From contig NZ_JBNATX010000001.1 of assembly GCF_049701115.1 (NCBI RefSeq), positions 166,698-230,697 of the forward strand: a stretch of 64,000 nucleotides of DNA, read 5' to 3'. Numbering within the stretch: the first letter of the stretch is position 1; every line of letters starts with the position of its first letter. Both the position numbers and the translations under genes were made by a program. The notes under the pieces are model-generated. The model was given only the letters and a program-made list of their open reading frames with translations, made no database searches and was not told where the DNA came from. The stretch is from Caldanaerobacter sp. (GTDB lineage: Bacteria; Bacillota; Thermoanaerobacteria; Thermoanaerobacterales; Thermoanaerobacteraceae). This document shows, piece by piece, positions 26,316-37,035 of this stretch.

Positions 26316-28180
26316 GACTCCCTCATTTCCTTATATCTTTGTAAAATAGTATTAGCTATCGATTGTGAATCTAAACCATATCTTTTAAATAAGCTTTCTA
26401 CATCTCCGTGCTCTATGAACCTATCTGGAAATCCTAATCTGACCATAGGCTTATAAATTTTTTTATCGTTTAAAAATTCCAATATAGCGCTACCTACTCC
26501 TCCCGCTATGACATTATCCTCCACAGTCACGACAAGGTCTACTTTGTTAGAAATTTTTAAAATAAGTTCTTCATCAAGAGGCTTAACAAATCTCAAATTT
26601 ACAACAAAAGGATTAATACCATGTCCTTTTAAAATTTGTGCTGCTTCAATTGACTTTGACACCATTCTACCCAAAGCAAAAATAGCTATTTTTTCTCCTT
26701 CCAAAAGCACTTCCCCTTTGCCAAATGGAAAACTTGGCTTTCTTGAAATATCATACTCACCGGCTTTGCCTCTTGGATACCTTATGGCTACAGGGAAATC
26801 TAGATTTCTCGATAACTTTACCATTTCAACTAATTCGTTAGCATCTTTTGGTGACATTATAGCGATATTTGGAATTGCCCTTAAGAAAGATATATCAAAC
26901 ACCCCTTGATGGGTTTCTCCGTCTTCCCCTACAATCCCTGCTCTGTCAACGGCAAAAACTACTGGGATTTTTTGTATACACACATCGTGGATTACTTGAT
27001 CATAAGCTCTTTGCAAAAAAGTAGAATATACAGCAAAATAAGGCTTGTATCCTTCAATAGCAAGCCCTGCAGCAAAAGTAGTAGCATGTTGTTCGGCTAT
27101 CCCCACGTCAAAAAATCTATCCGGTATTAACTTCGCAAAATGAATAAGCCCGGTACCTTCTGGCATGGCTGCAGTTATCGCAACGATCTTCTCATCTTTT
27201 AACGCCATTTCAGCAAGTGTTTTGCCAAAAACGTCAGAATAGCTGTCTTTTCCTTCTCCTACGAATTTACCTGTTTCTATATCAAAAGGAGCTGCAGAGT
27301 GGAATTTATCCGGCCTTTTTTCCGCAAATACATATCCTTTCCCTTTTTTTGTAACAACATGTATAAGCAAAGGCCCTTTCATTTTTTTAGACCTTTCTAA
27401 AACTTCAATGAGTTCTTCTACATTATGACCATCAATAGGTCCTAAATAGGTAAAGCCCATCTCTTCAAAAAACATGCCCGGAACTACTAACTGCTTTACA
27501 GAATCTTTAACTTTTTCGATATACTTGTGAAGACTTTTTCCTATTGGAGGTATAATATTTAACAGGTTGTCTATCTCTTGCTTCACTTTATTATAAGTGG
27601 GATCTGTTCTCAATCTGCTCAAATAAAGAGAAAGACTCCCCACATTTTCAGAAATAGACATTTCATTATGATTTAAAATAACGATAATATCTTTTTGAGC
27701 CCTTCCAATATTGTTCAAAGCTTCTAAAGCCATGCCACCTGTGAGGGCTCCATCACCGATTACTGCTATGACATGGTATTTTTCCCCCTTTAAATCTCTA
27801 GCAGTTGCAATCCCCAATGCTGCAGAAAGAGATGTACTGCTATGACCCGCCCCAAATATATCATGAACGCTTTCTGTCCTTTTAGCGTAACCAGAAAGAC
27901 CGTCAAGCTGTCTTAAAGTATCAAACCTATCCTTCCTTCCCGTTATAATTTTATGTACATAGCATTGATGGCTGACATCCCAAATTATTTTATCAACAGG
28001 CGAATTAAAGACATAGTGAAGGGCAAGTGTAAGCTCCACAATTCCCAAATTAGAAGCCAAGTGCCCGCCAGTTTTTGAAACTTTTTCAACCAAAAAACTC
28101 CTTATCTCCTCTGAAAGTTTTGGAAGTTCTTTTGCATCAAGTTTTTTTAAATCGTAAGGGCTGTTAATCTGTTCAAGCAT
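26312..28180 (-). CDS. dxs: 1-deoxy-D-xylulose-5-phosphate synthase
   Basis: GGHLASNLG, GHSSTS, GDGALTGG, IAEQHA, DGETHQG; start placed at ATG 28180. Confidence 0.97.
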   Translation of the reverse strand: MLEQINSPYDLKKLDAKELPKLSEEIRSFLVEKVSKTGGHLASNLGIVELTLALHYVFNSPVDKIIWDVSHQCYVHKIITGRKDRFDTLRQLDGLSGYAKRTESVHDIFGAGHSSTSLSAALGIATARDLKGEKYHVIAVIGDGALTGGMALEALNNIGRAQKDIIVILNHNEMSISENVGSLSLYLSRLRTDPTYNKVKQEIDNLLNIIPPIGKSLHKYIEKVKDSVKQLVVPGMFFEEMGFTYLGPIDGHNVEELIEVLERSKKMKGPLLIHVVTKKGKGYVFAEKRPDKFHSAAPFDIETGKFVGEGKDSYSDVFGKTLAEMALKDEKIVAITAAMPEGTGLIHFAKLIPDRFFDVGIAEQHATTFAAGLAIEGYKPYFAVYSTFLQRAYDQVIHDVCIQKIPVVFAVDRAGIVGEDGETHQGVFDISFLRAIPNIAIMSPKDANELVEMVKLSRNLDFPVAIRYPRGKAGEYDISRKPSFPFGKGEVLLEGEKIAIFALGRMVSKSIEAAQILKGHGINPFVVNLRFVKPLDEELILKISNKVDLVVTVEDNVIAGGVGSAILEFLNDKKIYKPMVRLGFPDRFIEHGDVESLFKRYGLDSQSIANTILQRYKEMRES

Positions 28181-28191
28181 ATAATAGACCC

Positions 28192-28779
28192 TCACTTTCT
28201 TTTTTTCTTTTTATTATTTTTATAGTCAGGCAATATATTTATGCCTAAATTTTTTTCCATCCAGGCCAGTACAACACCTGTCCAATAAACTATAGTTTGG
28301 CTCTTTAACATACCAATACTTTTGGCAATAGCCTTACCTCCTATTATGACTGAGGAAAGAATTCCTGCGAAAAAAGCCGTATATATTGAAGCTTTAGTTC
28401 CTGAAAGGGGAAATTTCATGATTATGGACATCAAGGCAGCACCAGAAATTATAGCAGAAATGTCACCTATTAGGTCATAACAAAAGGTGGCTACCAGATT
28501 TGCATTTCTTAAAAGCTTTATGGCATGCTTTGCACCGTACACTTTTTTCGCCGCCATGGCATGAAATGGCTCTTCTTTACCCGACATAACAGCAGTTCCT
28601 ATAATTTCAAAGACTATACCTATCGCTACTATTCCCGCTAAAATAAAGAATGCAACAAAAGTTGTACTTTTCTTTAAAGACACATCAGAAAAAAAATTCA
28701 GAAAAGTTGCCATAAAAAATGTGATCAATGTAATATGTAAAATCCACCTGTAATCCGTATTTATGTTTCTTGTCTTCAT
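28192..28779 (-). CDS. oapA: OLE-associated protein A (DUF21/CNNM-like membrane protein)
   Basis: Directly downstream of OLE RNA; PFHAMAAKK, DxxxD (DLIGD) and GGKAIAK motifs; about 4 TM segments. Confidence 0.85.
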   Translation of the reverse strand: MKTRNINTDYRWILHITLITFFMATFLNFFSDVSLKKSTTFVAFFILAGIVAIGIVFEIIGTAVMSGKEEPFHAMAAKKVYGAKHAIKLLRNANLVATFCYDLIGDISAIISGAALMSIIMKFPLSGTKASIYTAFFAGILSSVIIGGKAIAKSIGMLKSQTIVYWTGVVLAWMEKNLGINILPDYKNNKKKKRK

Positions 28780-28803
28780 AATAAAAAAATCCTCCTAGAA
28801 AAA

Positions 28804-29353
28804 GGCGAAGTGGTAACATGCTGGGTAAACCTTGCGGCTTAGGTCCAGTAGGATTTCCCAAGCAGGCACTGAACGTCGCCGTTCAGCGGTTCCCCTTTAA
28901 GCCCGCTTCTGCCTTGTCGCCATAGGCAGGACTGGACTGCCACTTAGACCGCACTGTAATCCCCAGCATGCCGCCCTTTCGGGCACAGCCTAGGAGCTTT
29001 CCTCACCAGAGGGCCCAATCCCTAGCCTCTTTTGCAACCCGGGTTTCATCAGCCAAAGGCTGATTTCCCCCCGGATCACTCAAGGCGGGCTACACTGTCC
29101 GCAGCTTGATGGCCACGAGACAGGTTCAGCCTACCCCATAGCTCTCGAAGAGAGCCACAGCAGTAGGTCTCCGCGGAGGAAGGGTCAACGCCCACATGCC
29201 CTTGTGGATCGCCCCCCCTCCTTAACTCCCAGCACCAGCCCCCAACTGGGCGTCAGAAGCCAGCACCAGGAACTTCATCGATGTGCCCTTGACGGATTTT
29301 TAGGCCCGTCTTCAGGATTGGCACCTCCGACTAGGATACTGCACCACTTCGCC
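28804..29353 (-). ncRNA. ole: OLE RNA (ornate, large, extremophilic), about 550 nt
   Basis: GC-rich, ORF-free; ends pair (GGCGAAGUGGU/ACCACUUCGCC); recalled OLE motifs GGUGCAGUAU, AAGGGCACAUCGAUGAAGUUCCUGGUGCUGG, GUGCUGGGAGUUAA, CAGUGUAGCC, GUUGCAAAAGAGGCUA, GGGAAAxCCUACUG; canonical ispA-ole-oapA-dxs position. Confidence 0.93.
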
Positions 29354-29373
29354 TATCTTTTCAAGGTAATTAC

Positions 29374-29382
29374 ATTATAACA
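29374..29382 (-). promoter_or_regulatory. SigmaA extended -10 promoter of ole
   Basis: TGtTATAAT about 20 nt upstream of the OLE terminal helix. Confidence 0.6.
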
Positions 29383-29446
29383 GAGAAAGTCAGTAATATC
29401 AAACACAGCTTAAAACCGTAAAAGCCTGTTACAGTCTCTTAAGGCC

Positions 29447-29470
29447 AAAAAAACCAGTTTCTATCCCGGT
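29447..29470 (-). terminator. Possible terminator after ispA
   Basis: accgg/ctggt stem followed by a T-run. Confidence 0.45.
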
Positions 29471-29494
29471 ACATTGTCAATGCTCTTTCAATCT

Positions 29495-30379
29495 TCAGTT
29501 TACTCTCTCAATCAAATAATTAGAGAGATCTTTAAGAAACTGCGCCCTTTCGCCAAAAGTGTCCAAAATCTTTATGGCTTCCTCTGTAAGCTCCTTTACC
29601 ATTTCCTGAGATTTTTCGATGCCAAAAATATTGACAAAAGTGAACTTGCCCTTTTCCCTGTCGCTCCCTACTTTTTTGCCAAGCGTTTCTTCATTACCTG
29701 TTACATCCAGTATGTCGTCTTTTATTTGAAATGCTAATCCTATCAAACTAGCATATTCTCTTAAAAGCTCCACTTCTTTTTCACTAGCCCCAGCCATATG
29801 GGCTCCTGCACAGACAGAAGCCTCTATCAAAGCCGCAGTCTTGTGCTCGTGAATGTATTTTAAGTCTTCATAGGTAAGTTCTGTGTTTTGAGAAAGTATG
29901 TCTTCTACCTGCCCTCCTATGATCCCTTTGCAGCCCGAAGCAGTAGCTATTTCATTAGCAGCTTTCAAGATTTTTTCATAATCTTCGGGATTTTCCAGAG
30001 CATGCCTTATCAAAACCTCATATCCCAGGTTTAAAAGTCCATCCCCGGCAAGAATGGCTATAGCCTCTCCAAATACTTTGTGATTTGTAGGCTTACCTCT
30101 TCTCAAGTCGTCATTGTCCATAGCAGGAAGGTCATCGTGAATAAGAGAATAAGTGTGTATGAGTTCAATAGAGCAGGCTACTGGCAAAGCTTTTTTTAAA
30201 CCCCCTCCCAAAAGTTCACAGGCAGAAAGGCATAAAATAGGTCTTAACCTTTTTCCTCCCGCAAAAACACTGTATCTCATCGCCTCATATATTATCTCTG
30301 GCTTTTCCTGTACATCTAGTATCCTATGAAGTTCCTCTTCTATCATCTGTTGAAAGTGTTTAAGTTTTTCTTTAAACAT
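29495..30379 (-). CDS. ispA: Geranylgeranyl/farnesyl diphosphate synthase
   Basis: [35 protein letters not shown]; start at ATG 30379. Confidence 0.95.
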   Translation of the reverse strand: MFKEKLKHFQQMIEEELHRILDVQEKPEIIYEAMRYSVFAGGKRLRPILCLSACELLGGGLKKALPVACSIELIHTYSLIHDDLPAMDNDDLRRGKPTNHKVFGEAIAILAGDGLLNLGYEVLIRHALENPEDYEKILKAANEIATASGCKGIIGGQVEDILSQNTELTYEDLKYIHEHKTAALIEASVCAGAHMAGASEKEVELLREYASLIGLAFQIKDDILDVTGNEETLGKKVGSDREKGKFTFVNIFGIEKSQEMVKELTEEAIKILDTFGERAQFLKDLSNYLIERVN

Positions 30380-30599
30380 TATTTTCCTCCTCTTTAAACT
30401 CAATTTCCTCATCTTCACTTATCAGCATTGTTATCTTCCCTTCGACTTCTTTTAGCATCTTTTCTAGCCTTCTTGATATTTCTATGCCCTCTTTGAACAA
30501 ATTAAAAGACTCTTCCAACATTAAATTGCCTTTTTCTAACGTATTTACAATTTCCTCTAATCTTTTTAAGTCTTCTTCAAAATTAAATTCTTTCTCCAT
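30372..30599 (-). CDS. xseB: Exodeoxyribonuclease VII small subunit
   Basis: [18 protein letters not shown]...LEES...EG. Confidence 0.93.
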   Translation of the reverse strand: MEKEFNFEEDLKRLEEIVNTLEKGNLMLEESFNLFKEGIEISRRLEKMLKEVEGKITMLISEDEEIEFKEEENNV

Positions 30600-31797
30600 C
30601 TTCTTTCACCTCTTTCACTACTGCTGCCGCTTTTCCGTCTTTGAATAAGATATCTATCTCTTCAAAGACTGCGACTTTTTGGGCAGAGGTTATTATCTTA
30701 CCTTCTTTATCGAGCACAATGGTATATCCTCTTGTTAGTACCTTCAAAGGACTTAGAGAATCCAACTTTTCCTTAAGGACCAAAAACTCACTTTTCTTTT
30801 GATTATAAAAAGAAAGGACCTCTTTTATCAAGGACTTTTTTAGGCTTAAGACCCTGTGTTTTAAAACTTCGTTTTTCTTGATAGGGTTATTTAGATAGAG
30901 GGCTCTTTTTAACCCCTCAAATTCTTTCCTGGTCTGAAGTAAATGAGCCTTCATTATATTTTTTATCTTAGTCTTTAATAAAAACAGCTCTCTTTGGTAT
31001 ACTCTTATATCTGGAACCACCAACTCCGCAGCAGCAGATGGAGTGGGAGCTCTCAAATCTGCTACAAAATCAGCAATAGTAAAATCGGTTTCATGCCCTA
31101 CAGCAGAAACCACAGGGATTCGAGAATCAAAAATGCTGCGAGCCACTTTTTCTTCATTAAAAGGCCATATTTCCTCTAAAGACCCGCCTCCTCTGGCCAC
31201 TATTATAACATCTATATCCTTTCTCTTGTTTAAAATGCGAAGAGCATTTGAAATTTCATCCGCAGCAGAGCTCCCCTGCACTAAAACAGGTACTACCATT
31301 ATGTTAACAGTTGGATTCCTTCTCCTTGAAATCGTTATTATATCGCGTATCACAGCACCCGTCGGGGATGTAACTACGGCAATCTTCTTCGGATGTTTTG
31401 GAATAGGTTTTTTCTTATCAATATCAAATAGGCCTTCTTTTTGGAGCTTTTCTTTTAATTTGTTAAAAGCAATGTACAATGCTCCTATTCCATCCATCTG
31501 CACAGACTGAACGTACAGTTGATAAAGTCCGCCCTTTTCGTACACTGTTATCCTACCCGTAGCAATTACGGACATTCCATCCTGCAAAGTAAATTCAAGG
31601 GACCTGCTGTAGTCATTAAACATTACACATTTTAAAGCTGCTCCTTCGTCTTTTAGGGTAAAGTACACTGCTGTAGAGTGGTATTTTAAATTAGAGATTT
31701 CTCCTCTTACTCTTACATTCCTCAATATTATGTCATTGTCCATTACTTTCTTTATGTATTCCGTCACTTCACTAACACTAAAGGCTTTTAATTGCAT
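30583..31797 (-). CDS. xseA: Exodeoxyribonuclease VII large subunit
   Basis: [39 protein letters not shown]. Confidence 0.96.
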   Translation of the reverse strand: MQLKAFSVSEVTEYIKKVMDNDIILRNVRVRGEISNLKYHSTAVYFTLKDEGAALKCVMFNDYSRSLEFTLQDGMSVIATGRITVYEKGGLYQLYVQSVQMDGIGALYIAFNKLKEKLQKEGLFDIDKKKPIPKHPKKIAVVTSPTGAVIRDIITISRRRNPTVNIMVVPVLVQGSSAADEISNALRILNKRKDIDVIIVARGGGSLEEIWPFNEEKVARSIFDSRIPVVSAVGHETDFTIADFVADLRAPTPSAAAELVVPDIRVYQRELFLLKTKIKNIMKAHLLQTRKEFEGLKRALYLNNPIKKNEVLKHRVLSLKKSLIKEVLSFYNQKKSEFLVLKEKLDSLSPLKVLTRGYTIVLDKEGKIITSAQKVAVFEEIDILFKDGKAAAVVKEVKEDGERI

Positions 31798-32611
31798 ACT
31801 TAAAGGCCTCCAAAGTGTTTTTGAGGATCATCGCTGTTGTTACAGGGCCAACGCCTCCCGGAACAGGGGTTATGTAAGAAGCCTTGTCCTTAATCGAATC
31901 AAAGTCAGCGTCACCATATATTTTCCCTTCATGTACGTTTATACCTGCATCTATTAAAACTACTCCCTCTTTAACCATGTCCCCTTTAACCAAGTTCATT
32001 TTTCCTGCTGCTACCACCAAAATATCTGCCTGTTTTGTGTGATAAACCAAATCTTTTGTCTTGGAATGGCACACCGTTACAGTGCAGTTTTTGTCAAGCA
32101 AAAGCTTGGCAACAGGTTTGCCTAAAATATTGCTCCTTCCTATCACCACAGCATGTTTTCCTTCCAAGTCAACACCTGTATTTTCTAATATATGGATAAT
32201 GGCCTTGGGAGTGCAAGGAACAAAAAGAGGCTTCCCCGCAAAAAGCCTTCCCATATTGTAATTAGATATACAATCTACATCTTTATACGGATTTATCATG
32301 TCATAAACCCTATCCACATCAAAGCCTTTCGGAAGAGGCATTTCTATCATTATGCCGTGGGTCTTCTCATCTTCATTCAACCTATTTAACGTTTCAAAAA
32401 ATTTGTCTTCTTCATCTTCTGAAAAATAATAGACCTCTGCCTTCATTCCCACACTCTCACAGGCCTTTACTTTTGAGTTGGCGTAGACCTTTGAAGATTC
32501 ATCATCCCCCGCCATTAATATTGCCAATCTTGGTTTTTCATGAAGCTTTTCTACTTCTTTCTTTACCTCTTCCTTTATCTTATTAGCAATTTCTTTTCCA
32601 TCAATTATCAT
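31778..32611 (-). CDS. folD: Methylenetetrahydrofolate dehydrogenase/cyclohydrolase
   Basis: [27 protein letters not shown]. Confidence 0.95.
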   Translation of the reverse strand: MIIDGKEIANKIKEEVKKEVEKLHEKPRLAILMAGDDESSKVYANSKVKACESVGMKAEVYYFSEDEEDKFFETLNRLNEDEKTHGIMIEMPLPKGFDVDRVYDMINPYKDVDCISNYNMGRLFAGKPLFVPCTPKAIIHILENTGVDLEGKHAVVIGRSNILGKPVAKLLLDKNCTVTVCHSKTKDLVYHTKQADILVVAAGKMNLVKGDMVKEGVVLIDAGINVHEGKIYGDADFDSIKDKASYITPVPGGVGPVTTAMILKNTLEAFKYAIKSL

Positions 32612-33023
32612 TTGCTTCACCTTCCTCTAATCTTTTTTCTCTGACGAATGCTCCTAAAAGTCCATTTATAAAAGAAGGAGAATCGTCAGTACTGTACTTT
32701 TTCGCTATTTCCACTGCTTCGTTTATAGAAACACTGACAGGAATGTTCCCATACAGCATCTCGTATATACTGCATCTTAAAATAGCCAAATCTATTTTAG
32801 GCATTCTGTAGAGAGGCCAATCTTTAGAATATTTTTCTATTTCACGGTCAATCTCTTCTAAATGTGAAATCGCTCCTCTCACAGTTTCCTCAATATAATC
32901 TCTCTGAGCACCCGGATCGTTTTCTTCATAAAAATGCTCAAAAATTTTTTCAATAGGAAGTTTCGAAACGTCATACTGGTACAAAATTTTTACAACCCAT
33001 TCTCTCGCTTCAGTTCTGTTCAC
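32601..33023 (-). CDS. nusB: Transcription antitermination factor NusB
   Basis: [27 protein letters not shown]; GTG start at 33023. Confidence 0.95.
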   Translation of the reverse strand: MNRTEAREWVVKILYQYDVSKLPIEKIFEHFYEENDPGAQRDYIEETVRGAISHLEEIDREIEKYSKDWPLYRMPKIDLAILRCSIYEMLYGNIPVSVSINEAVEIAKKYSTDDSPSFINGLLGAFVREKRLEEGEANDN

Positions 33024-33077
33024 TTTCTCAACTCCTTGCAAATCCAATTCTTTATTTATTGTACCAAAGTTTTACCT

Positions 33078-33110
33078 AAACTAACCCTCTGGCTAGCAGA
33101 GGGTTAGTTT
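33078..33110 (-). terminator. Terminator after the asp23-family gene
   Basis: aaactaaccctctg/cagagggttagttt perfect inverted repeat. Confidence 0.75.
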
Positions 33111-33117
33111 AGAAGAT

Positions 33118-33528
33118 TTAATTTTCTCCTTCTTTTTCTGCGGTCTCTTGCTGTTTTTTGTTTTCCTTTTCCATGCTGACCCCTTGCACATGTATATTGA
33201 CTTCTACAACTTTAAGCCCTGTCATATTTTCTACAGCATTTTTAACATTTTCTTGTACATTCCAAGCAACTTCAGGAATTCTAACGCCATAGTCCACAAT
33301 TAAGTACAAGTCTATAGTTGCTTCTTTTTCCCCTACTTCCACTTTCACACCTTTACTCAGATTCTTTCTGCCCAAAATTTCTGAAATGCCATTCACGACT
33401 CCCCCGCTCATTCCAGCAACACCAGGCACTTCTGTAGCAGCAAGACCGGCAATTATGCTAACTACCTCTTCAGAAATTTTTACAGAACCTAACTCCTGAT
33501 TTTCTAAATTCTTTACATTTTCTTCCAT
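33118..33528 (-). CDS. Asp23/Gls24 family protein (YqhY-like)
   Basis: VKISEEVVSIIAG, KNLSKGVKVEV, MTGLKVVEVNIHVQGV. Confidence 0.92.
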   Translation of the reverse strand: MEENVKNLENQELGSVKISEEVVSIIAGLAATEVPGVAGMSGGVVNGISEILGRKNLSKGVKVEVGEKEATIDLYLIVDYGVRIPEVAWNVQENVKNAVENMTGLKVVEVNIHVQGVSMEKENKKQQETAEKEGEN

Positions 33529-33570
33529 AAAATCACCCCCTTAAAAGTAAAAGCAAAAGCTTTTAAGTAC

Positions 33571-33579
33571 ATTATACCA
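33571..33579 (-). promoter_or_regulatory. SigmaA extended -10 promoter of asp23-nusB operon
   Basis: TGgTATAAT. Confidence 0.55.
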
Positions 33580-33601
33580 TAATCTGTTGTATGAAAACAA
33601 T

Positions 33602-34138
33602 CTAATCCAATCTGGTCATAATTTTTATATTGTCAAGAGATACACCTGTTTGCCTTGAGACAATTTCTACAATCTGGGCAACTTCTTCTTCCGACAACTT
33701 ATCCGCTTGGACTATAACATTAACAATCCCATTGTCTATCATAACGATAGCGTCTTGAAATCCCTTCGCTTTTATCAGATTTTCTATTACCATCTCCTTA
33801 TTTGTAATTTCAGTTAGTTTGATTATCTGCTTTTGTGCTTCTTCTTTAGTTTCTTTGCTGGTATTCTTGTTATCCACTATTTCCTTTAAAGCATCTATGC
33901 TTCTGCTTCTATTTACCTCTCTTTCCTCTCTATAGGCAGTGAATATATCAGAAGCAAAAGAACTCTTACCCTTGTACGAAGAAGTTTCAATAGCTTTTGA
34001 ATCGACATTTTCCGTTGAAGAAGTCTTTTGAGCATTATTTGTTTTTTTCTCCATATACCCATTATTCAATACAAAAGCTATGGCAATAAGTAAAATCAAG
34101 GAAACAATGGCTATAATTTTTTTTCTCATATAAACCAT
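33602..34138 (-). CDS. spoIIIAH: SpoIIIAH
   Basis: N-terminal TM, FTAYREERE, ENLIKAKGFQDAIV; last gene of the spoIIIA operon. Confidence 0.9.
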   Translation of the reverse strand: MVYMRKKIIAIVSLILLIAIAFVLNNGYMEKKTNNAQKTSSTENVDSKAIETSSYKGKSSFASDIFTAYREEREVNRSRSIDALKEIVDNKNTSKETKEEAQKQIIKLTEITNKEMVIENLIKAKGFQDAIVMIDNGIVNVIVQADKLSEEEVAQIVEIVSRQTGVSLDNIKIMTRLD

Positions 34139-34149
34139 AAAACCCCTCC

Positions 34150-34722
34150 TCACTTAGAAGATATTACTTTTACTTTATAGGCAGGGACCCCTAATGCTGT
34201 CTGTACCGCTGAAGAAATTTCATACCTTAATCTAGCATCTCTCGCTCCATCAGCTACTACAATCACACCTCTTATTTCAGGCATTATCCGTTTTAACACA
34301 ATGGGAGTATTTTGACCGGACATGTTCTGAGAAGTAACTATTTTATTGTTAGACTCTTTTTGTACTACTTCCCTCACCGTTCCATTGTTGTCCTTTTCAT
34401 TAGTAGTGGTACTGGACTCTACTACATCCATAGCTGCTACTACTTCTTCATCGGAATCCAAGGTTATTAAGACTTCTACATTCCCCACCCCGTCAATCTT
34501 TGAGAGTATGTTTTTTAAATCTCTTTCCAACCTTTTTGCATAATCCTCCTGCTTATCGGTTAATACCAACTCCTTATTATTGCTTTCATTAGAAGGGCGA
34601 GGCTTAGAAAAGGTACTCGCGCCTATCAAAAGTATCAAACCTATTAAAAAAATTACTGTCAAATTTTCTAAAAGCTTTTTATGGTCTTTTAGGAATTTAT
34701 CTTTGAGTTTATTAAAGTCCAC
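34150..34722 (-). CDS. spoIIIAG: SpoIIIAG
   Basis: LKNILSKIDGVGNVEVLIT, PEIRGVIVVADGA. Confidence 0.92.
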   Translation of the reverse strand: MDFNKLKDKFLKDHKKLLENLTVIFLIGLILLIGASTFSKPRPSNESNNKELVLTDKQEDYAKRLERDLKNILSKIDGVGNVEVLITLDSDEEVVAAMDVVESSTTTNEKDNNGTVREVVQKESNNKIVTSQNMSGQNTPIVLKRIMPEIRGVIVVADGARDARLRYEISSAVQTALGVPAYKVKVISSK

Positions 34723-34737
34723 CCAAGTACCCCCTTT

Positions 34738-35265
34738 CTACTCCTCTTTTATAGTTATATTCTTTAAGGGGACATTATAGAATGCACTTATCAATTTTTT
34801 TACTTCTTCTTTGTTTAAGTCTTTACCGCCCTTTATTTGCAAAACCAGAGACTTGATTTTACCAAAATCTTTTTTATCCAAGTCTTCTTCTATTACAGTC
34901 TCTACCTCGATCTCTTTTAAATCGTATAGACTTTTTAGCTTCTCTTCTATCTCTTTTGCAACCCTTCTTTTATATTCTTTTGCTACTAGATATTTCGTAT
35001 TTTCCTTTGCTTTTTCGGAAAGAGTATCAATAGAGGGATTTCTTAGCAGATAATCGCTTTTGAAAATCTGTGCCTCTAGCGAAGGTGCTTCTTTCAAAAA
35101 GCTTAAAATAGGATTTAGAATCACTGTAATTATGACAAGTCCAATGGCTACTTTTGCATACTTTTTCAGACTGGAAGAGGGTATAAGCATTTCTAAAATC
35201 AATGCTAAAATTGCTATATTGACTATCTGCATCACCCAGTTTTTAAAAAAATCCAAAGGCATCAC
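34738..35265 (-). CDS. spoIIIAF: SpoIIIAF
   Basis: LEMLIPSSSLKKYAKVAIGL..ILNP. Confidence 0.9.
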   Translation of the reverse strand: MMPLDFFKNWVMQIVNIAILALILEMLIPSSSLKKYAKVAIGLVIITVILNPILSFLKEAPSLEAQIFKSDYLLRNPSIDTLSEKAKENTKYLVAKEYKRRVAKEIEEKLKSLYDLKEIEVETVIEEDLDKKDFGKIKSLVLQIKGGKDLNKEEVKKLISAFYNVPLKNITIKEE

Positions 35266-36429
35266 CTACCTTAACATGGTAGTTATATTGGCACTTCCTA
35301 TCACGGCAGTTATTGTAAAAAACATCATCACGGTTATGGAAGCTAAAACCGCCAAAATGTAAGTCATAGAATTTGCTACTTCTGATAGAGAATTAACTAT
35401 TCGCTTATCTGAAATCGGTTCAATGAGCGCAGCAACAAATCTATATATGATCACTAAGGAAAAGATTTTTATTAATGGAAAAGCAGCAATTGCCAATATT
35501 ACCAGAAGACCGTAACTTCCTATAGCGCCTTTTATCAAAAGAGAAGCTCCTATTACTGCATCCACACTGTCTGCTAAAAGGCCCCCTACCACTGGCAGAA
35601 AAGTCCCTACGGTGTATTTTGCAGTTCTGGAGATTACTCCATCAGCTATAGAAGAACTGAAACCTTGTACGGTTATAACTCCTAAAAATATGCTCAGTAA
35701 AACGGAAATTGAAGCCGTTGACAATGTCTTTAAGAAATCTCCCATCTTGTTTAAACTGAATTTATCAGAAATATTCCCCACTATCTTTACAGCCGTCATG
35801 AAAAGAATTAACGGGATTATAAAATCCCTCATCACGTGAGCCGTAAACTGAACTGTTACTATAACAAGCGGCTTTAAAAAGGCAGCAGAAGTGAAAGAAC
35901 CTACGGATACTAACATAGTTATCAAAACAGGCAATATGGACTGCATAAAATCTACCATACTGTCAATAGCTTGTCTTCCTATTCCCATCGCTTCACTAAA
36001 ACTTTTTACAGCAATTATTATAAAAATGAGATAAATAGCTAAAAAAGCAATCTCTGATATACTTTCCTTTTCAAAGGAACTATGCAAATTCATTAATATA
36101 CTACCTATCACACCTAATACAAGAAGCTGGATCAAAAGATTAAATGAAGAATACAGTTCCTTAAAAAACAATTTTAAAATTCCGGCAAAAATTTTGTTTA
36201 GATCAAAGGGCTGTTGTCCTTTTAGCACTTGAAGCAAGTAAGTTTTAAGGTCTACAATTAGAAAATCACTTCCCGTCTTCTGGTTAATTTCTTTTACAAA
36301 TCGATCAATTTGGACAATATTCTCCTCACTCAATTTTTCTATCTCTTCCTGTATAACATCGGCTTTTGCCGTTCCAAACAAACTTAGGACAATCACTATA
36401 ACAAAAAGTATTTTTTTCAACTTTTCCAC
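35266..36429 (-). CDS. spoIIIAE: SpoIIIAE
   Basis: Multi-TM; KYTVGTFLPVVGGLLADS, EPISDKR. Confidence 0.93.
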   Translation of the reverse strand: MEKLKKILFVIVIVLSLFGTAKADVIQEEIEKLSEENIVQIDRFVKEINQKTGSDFLIVDLKTYLLQVLKGQQPFDLNKIFAGILKLFFKELYSSFNLLIQLLVLGVIGSILMNLHSSFEKESISEIAFLAIYLIFIIIAVKSFSEAMGIGRQAIDSMVDFMQSILPVLITMLVSVGSFTSAAFLKPLVIVTVQFTAHVMRDFIIPLILFMTAVKIVGNISDKFSLNKMGDFLKTLSTASISVLLSIFLGVITVQGFSSSIADGVISRTAKYTVGTFLPVVGGLLADSVDAVIGASLLIKGAIGSYGLLVILAIAAFPLIKIFSLVIIYRFVAALIEPISDKRIVNSLSEVANSMTYILAVLASITVMMFFTITAVIGSANITTMLR

Positions 36430-36430
36430 C

Positions 36431-36817
36431 TCACGGCATTATAGAAAGTATGGCTTCTACAAGCCCTATTATTATAGGAATGGATAAAAAAATTATCATT
36501 ATCTTCCCTGCAATTTCAATTTTTGAGGCGAGATTTTTTTCATTTGCATCCTGACAAAGCTGCGAACCAAATTCAGTTATGTACGCAATACCTATGATTT
36601 TTAAAGTTGTAACAAAATATATGGTATCAAGGCCACTCTTTCTCGCAAGACTATTTAAAACCTCTACTACACTGCTCAACTTTGGTAAAATTGATACAAA
36701 AATTATAATACCCGTAACAAGGCTTAAAATAACGGCAACCTCTGGATTTGTCTCTCTTAATACTGTCAGTATGATCAAAACCACAATACCTAAAATCACA
36801 ATTTGAAATATCTCCAT
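36431..36817 (-). CDS. spoIIIAD: SpoIIIAD
   Basis: LKIIGIAYITEFGSQLCQDA, KIEIAGK. Confidence 0.93.
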   Translation of the reverse strand: MEIFQIVILGIVVLIILTVLRETNPEVAVILSLVTGIIIFVSILPKLSSVVEVLNSLARKSGLDTIYFVTTLKIIGIAYITEFGSQLCQDANEKNLASKIEIAGKIMIIFLSIPIIIGLVEAILSIMP

Positions 36818-36825
36818 TCTATCAC

Positions 36826-37023
36826 CTAATATAAATGAAATATGGTTTTTACGGTATTAAAAAGATTATTGATAAGGTGGATTACCATCATGAGAACTAC
36901 TACTATTCCCGCAAGAGTAACCATCATGGCTTGTTCCTCCCTACCTGAACGTATGAGAATTTGATTTAGAACCGTCACCAAAATACCTATTGCCGCAATT
37001 TTGAAGATTATGTCTATGTTCAT
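36826..37023 (-). CDS. spoIIIAC: SpoIIIAC
   Basis: IFKIAAIGILVTVLNQILIRSGREEQA. Confidence 0.93.
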   Translation of the reverse strand: MNIDIIFKIAAIGILVTVLNQILIRSGREEQAMMVTLAGIVVVLMMVIHLINNLFNTVKTIFHLY

Positions 37024-37035
37024 TCTAATCCTCCT

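Noticed and set aside
28804-29353. RNase P RNA or tmRNA as the identity of the GC-rich non-coding island
   Set aside because: It lacks the GAGGAAAGUCC P4 signature and a tRNA-like CCA end; motifs and position fit OLE RNA instead.
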